Shown: piece by piece, positions 19,159 through 28,993 of the stretch
How positions within the stretch are numbered: the first letter of the stretch is position 1
Layout: the number at the start of each line of letters is the position of its first letter
Assembly (NCBI GenBank): GCA_964573815.1
Contig: CAZNMJ010000003.1
Location: 1 to 44,560, forward strand
Source: an uncultured Anaerolineales bacterium
GTDB taxonomy: Bacteria > Chloroflexota > Anaerolineae > UBA7937 > B3-Chlor
DNA: 44,560 nt
Direction: 5' to 3'
Position numbers and translations under genes: made by a program
The notes under the pieces: model-generated
What the model was told of the DNA's origin: nothing
Seen by the model: only the letters and a program-made list of their open reading frames with translations
The model's database searches: none

Positions 19159-20355
19159 GTGAATATCTTGATGGTTACGTTTGACTATCCACCCGAGCCA
19201 GCATGGGGGATGGGATGGAACGTATATGATTTGCGACGGGCGCTCGAGGCCACTGGCCACGCGGTCAGGGTTGTCACCGTAGATCGCTACGCGAAGATCC
19301 GCGACGGCGCTAAGGAGGTCATCTTCCACCCCTGTGCTCGGGTGGCGGAGAACCTGCGGAGCAAAGGAGAAGCTTGCGCGTGCAGCACCGGCGAAGCCAC
19401 TTGCCTTGACCGGTTGCCGGATACCGTGCTTTCGGTACTGCAGGATGAGGGTTTTCGGCCGGACATCATCCATTGCCATGGGTGGATGATCTTTCCCGTC
19501 GCCCAACAGCTATCGAGGCAGTATATCACCCCTGTTGTCAGCACGCTGCATTTTCTCGAGATCCAGTTTGGGAGTCTCTCAACCCACCCCTTTAAGCATG
19601 AGTTGGCTGGCATCCTGGCGCGAGAAGCGCAGATGATCGGTGGCTCGACGGCCCTAATCTGCATCAGTGACTATGGCCGAGAGCTTCTGGAGAGAGCGTA
19701 TCCAGGAAACGCGCACAAGGCCGCTCTCGTGCCTCACGGGATTGAACTCGGAGCCTGTCCCTCCTTCGCGCGGAACCGTAATCCGGCACGGAGGACCTTC
19801 ACCTTTGTCGGAAGGCTCGAGGAGGAAAAGGGCATCACCTCTTTGTGCGAGGCCTTCGCGGGAGGTCCTTTTCACATGAATGCAGCACTGGATATCGTGG
19901 GGACCGGTTCTCTGGAGGCTTGTCTGAGAGATACGTACGGCCAGAGGTTTACCTTCTACGGGCATCTCGAGAGGAGTGCCGTCAGAGAAATCCTCCTGTC
20001 GAGTGAATTCCTGGTCGCTCCCTCTCTTGAGGAGCAACTCGGTCTCGTGGTCCTGGAGGCCATGGCCTCGGGGGCCGTTCCGATCGTCGCCAATACCGGT
20101 GGGCTCAAGGAACTCGTCCGAGATGGAGAGAACGGCTTCTTGTGCGACTTGGGTGGACCTCGGCCCTATGTGGATACGCAGGCCTTGTCGGTGGCCCTGC
20201 ACAGGGCGCTGATGACCTCGGAACGCGACCTGATCGCCATCAGGAAGCGGAATCGTGCCGCGATAGAGAATCACTATTCGCTAGAAGTGATGGCGCAGCG
20301 GACGATCGAGATGTATTATCGCGCGCGGGAGGCGCTGTGCATACACCCACAGTAG
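19159..20355 (+). CDS. Glycosyltransferase family 4
   Basis: NILMVTFDYPP, IHCHGW, FVGRLEEEKG and E.LGLVVLEAM motifs; start GTG 19159 (track start 19072). Confidence 0.92.
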   Translation: MNILMVTFDYPPEPAWGMGWNVYDLRRALEATGHAVRVVTVDRYAKIRDGAKEVIFHPCARVAENLRSKGEACACSTGEATCLDRLPDTVLSVLQDEGFRPDIIHCHGWMIFPVAQQLSRQYITPVVSTLHFLEIQFGSLSTHPFKHELAGILAREAQMIGGSTALICISDYGRELLERAYPGNAHKAALVPHGIELGACPSFARNRNPARRTFTFVGRLEEEKGITSLCEAFAGGPFHMNAALDIVGTGSLEACLRDTYGQRFTFYGHLERSAVREILLSSEFLVAPSLEEQLGLVVLEAMASGAVPIVANTGGLKELVRDGENGFLCDLGGPRPYVDTQALSVALHRALMTSERDLIAIRKRNRAAIENHYSLEVMAQRTIEMYYRAREALCIHPQ

Positions 20356-20490
20356 GCCCAGGCGACTTATTCCCGGGCAAAGAACGAGACGGTACTGCAG
20401 AGCCGTCAGTACTCGAGGTTGCGCCTGGAGGTGTTATGGCACGTCACAGACGCAAGGCTGCATGAGGAGGAGGCAAAGCTGGATTCCGTC

Positions 20491-20754
20491 ATGAGTGATC
20501 GTATGTTGGAGCAGGTAATTCGTGTGATTGTGAGCACCTGCATTGTGCCAGTGCCGAAGGAGCAAATCCGGGAGGATACGGATCTTCTGACGGACCTGGG
20601 CCTGGAGTCGATCCAGATTGTGGAACTCGTGCTCTCGCTCGAAGAAGAGTTCGGTATCGAGTTTGATGATGACGACCTCAACCCCGATAACTTCCAGATC
20701 GTCGGGAGCATCGTTCGTACCATTGAACTGCTGACCGAGAATGCCACCTCATAG
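20491..20754 (+). CDS. Acyl carrier protein
   Basis: DLGLESIQIVELVLSLEEEFGIEF with the phosphopantetheine Ser; acidic; start ATG 20491 or CTG 20479. Confidence 0.88.
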   Translation: MSDRMLEQVIRVIVSTCIVPVPKEQIREDTDLLTDLGLESIQIVELVLSLEEEFGIEFDDDDLNPDNFQIVGSIVRTIELLTENATS

Positions 20755-20794
20755 GCGTGTCTCCGCGCCATAAGATACGAGTAGGAGGCAGCTC

Positions 20795-21331
20795 TTGGAT
20801 ACGATCGAACTGCTGCGTACACGATGTAGTGTACGCAGGTATACCGACAGGCCCATCGAGCAGGGGGTGATCGAGGCCATCGTTGACTGTGGTAGGCTTG
20901 CGCCTTCGTCGCATAACCTGCAACCGTGGCACTTCGTCGTAGTGACAAAGGCCTCCACGCTGGCCGACCTTGCCGCACTTGCGGACAACGGGAGGTTTAT
21001 CGCTTCCTCAGCCGCGTGCATCGCGGTCTTCGGGAACACCGCCGCCCAACGCTACCTCGAAGATGGGGCGGCCGCAACGGAGAACATGATCATTGCGGCG
21101 TGGACGTATGGCATCGGATCGTGCTGGGTCGCGGGATACGACACGGAGTACGCGACCGAGGTGCGATTGTTGCTTGGAGTTCCAGAGGATTATCGTCTAG
21201 TCTCCTTAGTAGCGCTTGGCTATCCGGTTGGGGCGAAGCTGCTCCGATGCTCCAAGAAATCTCTCTCGGAGATGCTCCACTGGAACTACTTCCAGGGAGC
21301 GAGCAAGGACGGTTCGCGCGGGAACGTCTGA
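20795..21331 (+). CDS. Nitroreductase family protein
   Basis: RCSVRRY, APSSHNLQPWHF and GIGSCWV motifs; AGGAGG before TTG. Confidence 0.92.
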   Translation: MDTIELLRTRCSVRRYTDRPIEQGVIEAIVDCGRLAPSSHNLQPWHFVVVTKASTLADLAALADNGRFIASSAACIAVFGNTAAQRYLEDGAAATENMIIAAWTYGIGSCWVAGYDTEYATEVRLLLGVPEDYRLVSLVALGYPVGAKLLRCSKKSLSEMLHWNYFQGASKDGSRGNV

Positions 21332-21456
21332 ATCCGTAGCATCCGGCCGAGGAGACGCGTGCCGAGTTCGCCCGGCAGTGATGGATTCTTCGAGAGGTAT
21401 TCTTATGTAGCCCTCTCGTGCTCCTTTTGAAAGGTCTATAGAGTGGTCATTCTTCT

Positions 21457-22179
21457 TTGTCGCGCGAGTCGGCGAGGACAGAGCTAGAACCTTTGGAAAG
21501 CCGCCTTGCCTATTCCGACATCGCCCATGGCTGCACGCGCATCCTCGCACTTGCCCCTCACCCAGATGATGAGGTTTTCGGATGCGGTGGGTTGCTGTAC
21601 AGGCTACGGAACACCGACCATGTATCGGTGAAGGTGGTGTTCTTCTCCGACGGGGCAAAGGGGACGCCCGAGAGCGCGCCGAGTCAGCAGCTGTCGGAGA
21701 GGCGACGAACCGAGGCGTGTCAAGTGCTCTCGAACATGAATATTGAGGAGCACCGCTTCCTGCAACTGCCCGACGGCTTCTTACTGCAGCATATCAAAGT
21801 CATGGCGGAAGCCATCAGCAGCGAACTAGGCAGCCATGCGCCGGAGGCGGTGCTGTTTCCGCACCGGGGGGATCGTCATCCGGATCACCTCGCAGTGACG
21901 CAGGCCTCGCTTCGCGCGTGCAGAGGAACGGAAACGCCCTTCCTCATCGGGTACGAGGTCTGGAACAGGATCAGAGATCCCAATTTGTACCTCCCGCTCA
22001 GCGCAGAGGACTACGCGACGCTGCAGGGTTTGTCGCGCCAATACGAATCACAACATCAGCTGTTTAACTATGACGCGATGCTATTCAGGTCTCGGTCCAG
22101 CCGAGGCGCGGAGATCGGGATGGAATTTGCGGAGGCGTATCATGTGGTCGAGCACGGTCTACACCACCCCCAGAGGTGA
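21457..22179 (+). CDS. PIG-L/LmbE family de-N-acetylase
   Basis: APHPDDE and HPDH metal-binding motifs. Confidence 0.9.
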   Translation: MSRESARTELEPLESRLAYSDIAHGCTRILALAPHPDDEVFGCGGLLYRLRNTDHVSVKVVFFSDGAKGTPESAPSQQLSERRRTEACQVLSNMNIEEHRFLQLPDGFLLQHIKVMAEAISSELGSHAPEAVLFPHRGDRHPDHLAVTQASLRACRGTETPFLIGYEVWNRIRDPNLYLPLSAEDYATLQGLSRQYESQHQLFNYDAMLFRSRSSRGAEIGMEFAEAYHVVEHGLHHPQR

Positions 22180-22266
22180 GCGCGCCGTCTCTCTCCACGT
22201 GGAGGGTCGAGTGCGTCGTGTGGCGCGGTCGCGTCGCGTGCTTCCCAGCCTTTCCGAGGGGGCGCG

Positions 22267-23427
22267 TTGACCATCCTCAACATAGCAGCCGCTCGCTCCT
22301 GCCTCGCGGAAATTGGTATTCCCGAGGACTGCCTCTGCAAGCTTACGGAGGTCTTACGGCAGATCGCCGCCAGCGACGAACTCAAGCGACTCTTCACGAG
22401 CTACTATCGTGATGAGGTGCTCAGCGGTCGATGGAAGCAGAAATGGAGCATTGTGAGACCGCACCATCCGCTCATCTACCAGACCTTTGGTGCAGAATTC
22501 TCGCTGTTCTACTTGTTGTGCTGCCTGGAACGGCTATATGACGCAAAGGAGGAGTATGCCGCGCGTGGATATCCTCACTCCCTCTATGTGCGGACTATGG
22601 GAGATATTGCCTATTGGATACGGTACTGGCGGGACACCTACGGCACGTACTGCTTCCCGAATATTGGTTGGATCTGGCAGCACCTTTCTTGCGAACTCTT
22701 CCAGTTGGGAGCATTCCAGTTTCGGCTCATCACTTATGAGGGGGATATAGTAGCTTTCGTGGATGCCCGCAATCAGCGCACCATGGTCTTTCGTTCATCA
22801 CCTTGCGACATTAACAAGAATGGTGACGTGGTCGGGGCCGGAGGCGGCGACTCTGAACCGGCCTTTCGCACCTCCTATGATGAGGACAATGAGGTGGTGC
22901 GTGCGAATTTGGTTACCCCTTACGGAAAGGTCACACCAGAAACAGTCACTTTGAAGAAGGCGGAATGGCAATGCGTCTTCAGAACAGGGAGTGATATCCT
23001 CGACTTTCACATCCCCCGGATAGATGCCCTCACGACGGAAGTGTGCGTGGAGACGCTCAACCTGGCGGAAAGGTTCTACGCAACGCACTTCAAGGAGAGG
23101 CCTCCGGTTGGGCTACTCGGTATGCCCTCCTGGTTATTCGCGCCGCAACTCCAGGACATGTTGGGTCGTGAAACGAACATCGTCAAGTTTCAGCGGGAAT
23201 TCTTCCTGTTGCCTCACGCGGGAAGCTATCGAAGCATCTGGAATTTCGTCTTCAGTCCCGCGACGACCCTCGCCACTGCACCACGAGATACCTCCCTGAG
23301 AAGAAAAGTCATTGAGTATATTGAGAACAAACGACCGCTGTTCGACCTCGGAGGTCTCTACTTGCAGCCGTTCCACGAATGGGGTGCACAGAGATACATG
23401 ACAGACTACGACAATGAGGTTCAGTAG
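22267..23427 (+). CDS. N-acyltransferase (NAT_N + GNAT_C / DUF5596-like)
   Basis: LFQLGAFQF, LDFHIP, SWLFAPQL, NIVKFQ and TSLRR motifs. Confidence 0.75.
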   Translation: MTILNIAAARSCLAEIGIPEDCLCKLTEVLRQIAASDELKRLFTSYYRDEVLSGRWKQKWSIVRPHHPLIYQTFGAEFSLFYLLCCLERLYDAKEEYAARGYPHSLYVRTMGDIAYWIRYWRDTYGTYCFPNIGWIWQHLSCELFQLGAFQFRLITYEGDIVAFVDARNQRTMVFRSSPCDINKNGDVVGAGGGDSEPAFRTSYDEDNEVVRANLVTPYGKVTPETVTLKKAEWQCVFRTGSDILDFHIPRIDALTTEVCVETLNLAERFYATHFKERPPVGLLGMPSWLFAPQLQDMLGRETNIVKFQREFFLLPHAGSYRSIWNFVFSPATTLATAPRDTSLRRKVIEYIENKRPLFDLGGLYLQPFHEWGAQRYMTDYDNEVQ

Positions 23428-23916
23428 CCAGCGGCCCTGCATCTTTCGCCTCTCTTCTGCCTTTAGCATTGGCAAAGTACAGACTTGAAATGCGAGGCGC
23501 GCAGATGAGCAAATATCTGCATCGGCGAACGTCGACATCTGGGCACCTAAATACTGCTACGGATGTGGCGAACGACGTCTGCCTGGTATCCTCGAGCGAA
23601 TCTCCGACATACAGATGTCACCGACGACGATTTGTAAAACTGTGGAGGAACTGAGACGCAAGCGACTTATCATGGATGTCGATGGGAGGGTGATCGCGCT
23701 GGCTACCCAAGGCCTTCCTTTAGACCTACCGTCGTGGGATAATGCCCCGTTTGGAAGAGTACTGGATGGCGAGGGAAGGGAGGATACCTCAAACTGAGCA
23801 CGTCGCTTCTTCGGGGAGGGATCTTCATCGCGTTTACATAGAAACTAAGCGAATTGCGCAGTTTGGATTCATCCGTTCGCCGACGAGTAGCAAGGCCTGA
23901 ATCTCGAGGGGTCAGA

Positions 23917-24675
23917 ATGGAGAACGAAGTCGAGCATCCAGTTTCCATAGCGTCCACGGACAGAGAGCTATATGGGATCTACCACGAGAGCCTTCCGTGT
24001 CGTGGAGCAGTCTTGATCTGCCATGGCCTGGGAGGAACGCGCGTTGATGTGCATAGGATATGTGTCCGACTGGCAAGGTCACTTGTAGAAAGGCAGTTCT
24101 CTTGTCTCCGCATAGATCTGACTGGATCCGGGATCAGCCAGGGCAGATTCTACGAGTGTACCCTTCCGCAGCAGCATTGTGATATGCAACACGCGCTGGA
24201 TTGGCTGCGGCACGAGAGGCGCGCAACCCGTCTGTATCTCCTGGGATTCAGTGACGGGGCGATTGTCGTGCATAATCTTGGAGCACAGAGTAGTCACGTG
24301 AGTGGCATGGTGTTTTGGAGCCCCACCTTCTTTCCCGAGGGTGAGGCCGCCGCTGAACCGGAGGCGAGGTTTGCACGAAGGTTGCACCGGGTGGACAACA
24401 GAGCCGTCTGGCCGGTGCTAGGTCACTGGCTATACAAGGACTACTTTGAGGATAAGGAGAGAGAACGCGCTGGCATTGACCTGGAGGAGATGGATAAGAG
24501 GTGCCTTCTCGTGTATGGCGAGCACGATGAGTACCTCCGGATGAGGGTAGGAGAGATTCGTAACCCGCTCATACGAGTTGAGCAGATTCCGGAAGCTAAC
24601 CACCTGTTCTTCTCTCCCACGTGGACGCGCCGTGTCATTGATCTGACGATAGACTGGCTTGCTGATGATGCATAG
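23917..24675 (+). CDS. Alpha/beta hydrolase
   Basis: CHGLGG, GFSDG nucleophile elbow, YGEHD and ANH; ATG 23917. Confidence 0.85.
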   Translation: MENEVEHPVSIASTDRELYGIYHESLPCRGAVLICHGLGGTRVDVHRICVRLARSLVERQFSCLRIDLTGSGISQGRFYECTLPQQHCDMQHALDWLRHERRATRLYLLGFSDGAIVVHNLGAQSSHVSGMVFWSPTFFPEGEAAAEPEARFARRLHRVDNRAVWPVLGHWLYKDYFEDKERERAGIDLEEMDKRCLLVYGEHDEYLRMRVGEIRNPLIRVEQIPEANHLFFSPTWTRRVIDLTIDWLADDA

Positions 24676-24723
24676 CAAGCTATCGTACAGTTGTCTGGTA
24701 CACGCATCGCTTTGAGAACAGAT

Positions 24724-25551
24724 ATGAACACGCAGCAGCTCTTTCTTAAGGTGCCTTCCGGAGAGAGGTTGTTCTGCTTCCTCCAGAACGCGCGAGCCGG
24801 CAATACCTGGGCTCTCTGTTGTCATGGACTGTTCCAGGACAAGTGTGAAAGCTGGTTCCTACTCTCAAAGCTTTCAGTGGCCTTGATGGAGCTAGGTGTG
24901 AGTGTCTGCAGATATGACGCGCGGGGATGTGGGGATAGCACGGGTAGCCTAAGCCAACTCGGCGTTCGAGATCTATACGATGACGCCTGCAGTGCCCTTG
25001 ATTTCGTCGAGCACAACTACGCTCCGGCTAGAACAGTTGTGATTGGTGTGGGATTCGGATGCGTCACTGCCTGCGAAATTGCAGACGCCAGAACGCTCGA
25101 TTCCGTCGTACTCGTCAATCCCACTTTCGCCCCCATCTTTGACTATCAGCAGGCATTCAAACCCTCCGCAGTGGTCGAGCTGCTGGAGACCAAGCAGCTC
25201 GATATGAGAGAAGGCGCGATTGAATTGGCTTGGCTAGAACGGCTTCACGAGTCCGGTTCGCAGTATTGGAATGTGTTGGGTCAGAGTGTGGGGCTGCAGC
25301 TCTTGCAGGAGATCTCGGAAGTCAGCCTGGAGAGGGTGATGGAGGGCAATCCGTCCCTCCGATGGTTCGCCATCGTAAGCTCGTGCAAAGAACAATGCGT
25401 CGCGCGCGGTGCCCAGTTGCTGCAAGGCGGCCTGAACGAGCTGCAACTCGTGGACTCCGACCCTCTATTCACCCACCCCAAGGCACAAATGGAAGTCGTC
25501 GGACGGATCCGAGACTGGGTAGCGACGCGTGTACTCACCGCCCCCGAGTAG
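24724..25551 (+). CDS. Alpha/beta hydrolase fold protein lacking the catalytic Ser
   Basis: CHGL, RYDARGCGDS; the elbow reads GVGFG. Confidence 0.75.
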   Translation: MNTQQLFLKVPSGERLFCFLQNARAGNTWALCCHGLFQDKCESWFLLSKLSVALMELGVSVCRYDARGCGDSTGSLSQLGVRDLYDDACSALDFVEHNYAPARTVVIGVGFGCVTACEIADARTLDSVVLVNPTFAPIFDYQQAFKPSAVVELLETKQLDMREGAIELAWLERLHESGSQYWNVLGQSVGLQLLQEISEVSLERVMEGNPSLRWFAIVSSCKEQCVARGAQLLQGGLNELQLVDSDPLFTHPKAQMEVVGRIRDWVATRVLTAPE

Positions 25552-25639
25552 CCGTGGGGACGGTGTGGGGCATTGTGCGTAGATGCTCGAGGCAGCGGAA
25601 GCTCGTGAGAATCACGAAGACACCCATTGGGGTCCAAAC

Positions 25640-27247
25640 ATGAAGGTCTGCTTGGTAAATCCTCCCGACGGTAACAAACGGGAAAGGAATATGGATTACT
25701 GCGAGACCGCCTACAACTTCGCCCACCTGGGTCTCGGTTACATCGCGGCCGTGCTGGAGGACAGCGGAATACAGGCTGACATATATGAGTGCATGGGCAT
25801 GGATATCTCGCCGAAGGAACTCTGCGAGGTGATACAAAGAGAGCATTACCGAATCGTCGGGATATCAACCTATGTGTACAACAGCCATTACGCACTCAAG
25901 ATAGTGCGGCAGATAAGGAAGATTGACCCTTCCATCTTTGTCTTCCTGGGGGGCTACTATGCGACGCTATGCCATGAGTCCATCCTTACCTCGGTGCGTG
26001 GCGTCGACTGCTGCGTCCTGGGTGAGGGGGAGCATACCTGCTTGGAGCTGGTGAAAGCAGTCGCCACACATGGCCACTACAAGGACATCGCTGGCCTGGC
26101 CTATCTCGAGGACGGAGTAGTGGTCAGAACGGCGCCACGACCACTCGTTGATGATCTCGATACCTTGCCTTTCCCTCGGAGGGCCTTCATCTCTAAGAAG
26201 AAGAGAGCCAGCATGGTCACGTCAAGAGGATGTTATGGCCATTGCTCGTTCTGTTCCATACGTGCCTTCTACAAGGGGCTACCTGGCAGAATGATCCGGA
26301 TGAGAACGGCCGAGAATGTCGTCGCTGAGATCGAGCATCTCGTACGAGATAAGGGGGTAGAGTTCCTCAATTTCTACGACGACAATTTCCTCGTATCATC
26401 CTCCGCAAACACCCGGAGAGTAGCACGGATGTGCCAACTGATTCGAGACAGGAAGATTCCCGTCTCTTTTTCGATATCCGCGCGAGCCACGGACGTCATC
26501 AAGAACAGGGAACTCCTTCCGAGGTTGAAAGAGGCTGGTCTGCAGTACGTGTTTGTCGGAGTGGAAACGATGGACCAGAGGCAACTGGAGTTTCTCTCCA
26601 AGAACACGACTGTGGAGGAGAACGCGGAAGCCATCAAGGTGCTCGCCGAGGTTGGCCTCAAGGTCGCCGTTGGATTCATAATGCTTGACCCGTTCAGCAC
26701 GATCGAAGAGGTGTCGCGCAGCATCGTCGGGCTCAAGGAGACCGGCTACTTCTCACACATGGCCGACGCGGCTTTTCCGTTGTCCCAGTATTCGGTGCTC
26801 CAAGTTGTACATGGCACTCCTTTCCACGAACTGATGAAGAGCCAAGGGTCATTAGTGAACAACGAAGTCGGGTACGAGTTCGTCGATGAGGCCGTGCGTC
26901 TCTTCTATAGGGTAAGGAAGGCTTGGGCCCAGAATGTATACCCGGTGAATCTGGCCACCTATGCGCTTGCCGAGGCGGAGGAACTAGGCTGGCACGACAT
27001 TGCCGATGAGTTCAGACGAGAGAAGCGCAAGCTGGTCGAGCTTGACGTGGAGTTTCTCTTGGACCTTTGTGCCCGGATCCAGCGCGGCCTCTTGACGGAA
27101 GCACACGTGGAGGCCTACGTCCTGAACTGGGCGAGGAAGCTAGCGCCGATCCAGGAAAGCATGGCCCTCGCAACGGACATGTTACGACAATCTACATGCA
27201 ATCCTGTCGCGATCGAGAATTTCCCTCCTGGAGGGATCCCCTGCTAG
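25640..27247 (+). CDS. Cobalamin-binding radical SAM enzyme (class B-like)
   Basis: MKVCLVNPP, HLGLGYIA, GGYYAT, GEGE and SRGCYGHCSFC motifs. Confidence 0.92.
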   Translation: MKVCLVNPPDGNKRERNMDYCETAYNFAHLGLGYIAAVLEDSGIQADIYECMGMDISPKELCEVIQREHYRIVGISTYVYNSHYALKIVRQIRKIDPSIFVFLGGYYATLCHESILTSVRGVDCCVLGEGEHTCLELVKAVATHGHYKDIAGLAYLEDGVVVRTAPRPLVDDLDTLPFPRRAFISKKKRASMVTSRGCYGHCSFCSIRAFYKGLPGRMIRMRTAENVVAEIEHLVRDKGVEFLNFYDDNFLVSSSANTRRVARMCQLIRDRKIPVSFSISARATDVIKNRELLPRLKEAGLQYVFVGVETMDQRQLEFLSKNTTVEENAEAIKVLAEVGLKVAVGFIMLDPFSTIEEVSRSIVGLKETGYFSHMADAAFPLSQYSVLQVVHGTPFHELMKSQGSLVNNEVGYEFVDEAVRLFYRVRKAWAQNVYPVNLATYALAEAEELGWHDIADEFRREKRKLVELDVEFLLDLCARIQRGLLTEAHVEAYVLNWARKLAPIQESMALATDMLRQSTCNPVAIENFPPGGIPC

Positions 27248-27287
27248 GCGTCCGTCTCCTCACGCGGGGCTACCGCCACTGCCCAGG

Positions 27288-28054
27288 CAGAGCAATCGCA
27301 TCTAGCTGGACCGTGTGAAGAAGACCCCTGAGGAAGGGCCTTGAAGCTCCAGAAGGACCTTCAAGTGGAATTCGGGGGCTTATTGGTTGCCAGAGCTGCT
27401 CAAGCTGCTGGACGTGCAGGGCTGTGCGGTGACGATGGATGCCATGGGCTGCAAGAGAGACCTAGCGGGACAGATCAAGAAGCAAGTATGTGTCTTGCCT
27501 CAAGCGGAATCAAGAGAGCCTGGACGAAGAATCGCGCCACTTCTTCGAGGAAGCCAAGCAACGGCAATTCCGCGACCTTCCCTATCGCAATCACGAGAGC
27601 GTAGAAAAGGACTATGGCGCACTGAGACGCGCCGCGTCTGGATGGTAGAAGAGGCGGCGATCACCGGCTTCCGCGCCAGGATCAATAGCCTGGGCTGGCC
27701 AGTCTCGTGATGGTGGAGACAGAGCGACTGGTCGGCCAGAAGCAGACCAAAGGGGCGCGTTACTTCCTCTCCAGTCTCATGGAGAATGTGAAGCAAGTGG
27801 CAGCGGCCCGTGCCCGCTAGGAAATCGAGAACTCTCTGCACTTGGTGCTGGATGTAACTATGAACGAAGATCAGGGTGGGGGCGCAAAGACCATGCCCCC
27901 CGAGAACCTGGCTCTATTGCGGCGCCTTGCGTTCAACCTCATCAGGAAAACCAAATCCGCCAAGCAGAGCGTGCGCGCCAGCCTTAAGAAAACCGGGTCG
28001 AACAACTCCTTCCTGGAAGCGATTCTGGTGGCAAGATAAGATGCGATTACCCTG
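27288..28054 (+). mobile_element. Internally deleted ISAs1-family element
   Basis: IRs CAGAGCAATCGCATCTA and (rc) CAGGGTAATCGCATCTT (14/17); flanked by ACTGCCCAGG and ACTGTCCAGG (10-bp TSD, 1 mismatch). Confidence 0.85.
27387..28039 (+). pseudogene. ISAs1 transposase fragments
   Basis: PELLKLLD.QG..VTMDAMGC, EIENSLH.VLDV...ED and NLALLRRLAFNL split by frameshifts and stops. Confidence 0.88.
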
Positions 28055-28064
28055 ACTGTCCAGG

Positions 28065-28730
28065 GGACTTGCGGTCGAGAGTGGAGACGCGGCAAGGGAC
28101 AGGGCGCGACTATACGCGTGCTCAGGAACGTCGGTCCGAGGCGATATGCACCTCTCAGAGAGAACCCGCGCGGCCATACGTCGCGCACTGCTTGCAACAG
28201 CGCGACGGAGAACGTCTGTAATTCGCGGGAGATAGTGACCTCCACGTGCCGAAAAGGAACAGACTATCTGCTGATGGGGTGCTGACATTTGTAGAAACTC
28301 TCTTTCGCGCGGATTCCTTTAGATCGCGAGGAAGTGCATCTATCCAGTAGAGTTCTTGCCGTATACAGATCTGCTCCATGATTTCTTCCCTGAGCGGGAC
28401 TAGGCGCTCTGCATCAACTCCTATGCCCAGGATCTCATTGCTACGGGCCATCGCCACCCCACAGTACCCGTCCGTGTGCGTGACGCTTCCGACCACACCT
28501 GGAGGCCAGGTAGGGAAACGATCTAGCTCTATGAGCACCGACCAACGCGCGATTCCCAACTGGGACAGCGCCGCGCGGGCACAATGTCATCCTGCCATAG
28601 ACTCGTCGCGTCGCTTCGGAACCATGTTCCTGGTGCACCGTTCTTCGTCGGGGTATAGGGGTTCGAGGCGAGCCGGCCTATATAGCTCCCGCGTTACAAT
28701 TTCCGCCGGAAAAAGCTTTCGGATCGGCAA
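28065..28730 (-). pseudogene. 4'-phosphopantetheinyl transferase (EntD/Npt-like), disrupted
   Basis: KRRDE..G*.CARAAL, P.WPPGVVGSVTH and GIGVDAE; AKESFYK in a shifted frame; in-frame TGA at 28587-28589 and a further stop. Confidence 0.82.
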
Positions 28731-28993
28731 TCCTTGGGCTTCTCTTCTCATACGCTGCTCCCCACTCTGTCTGTTGGCACGCCGGCTCCTGGACCTCTTT
28801 TTCACTCGACCGCGGTCCACAGCACTCATAATACTCCATCCATTCGGCGCTGGACAAGCGCGCGGCGCGACGCCATACATGAGGTCCACGGGTCTGTTCC
28901 CAAAGCGAGTAGGGTGCGTGGCGGAACCCCCTGGCACTGGAAGGCCCGCCTTAGACGGCTTTTTCTGATCCTGGTGCACGAAAGGGGACTTCC

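Noticed and set aside
13412-22179. Calling the cluster a butirosin/2-deoxystreptamine aminoglycoside pathway
   Set aside because: Only family-level parallels; no 2-deoxy-scyllo-inosose synthase, BtrH or ATP-grasp gene in the window
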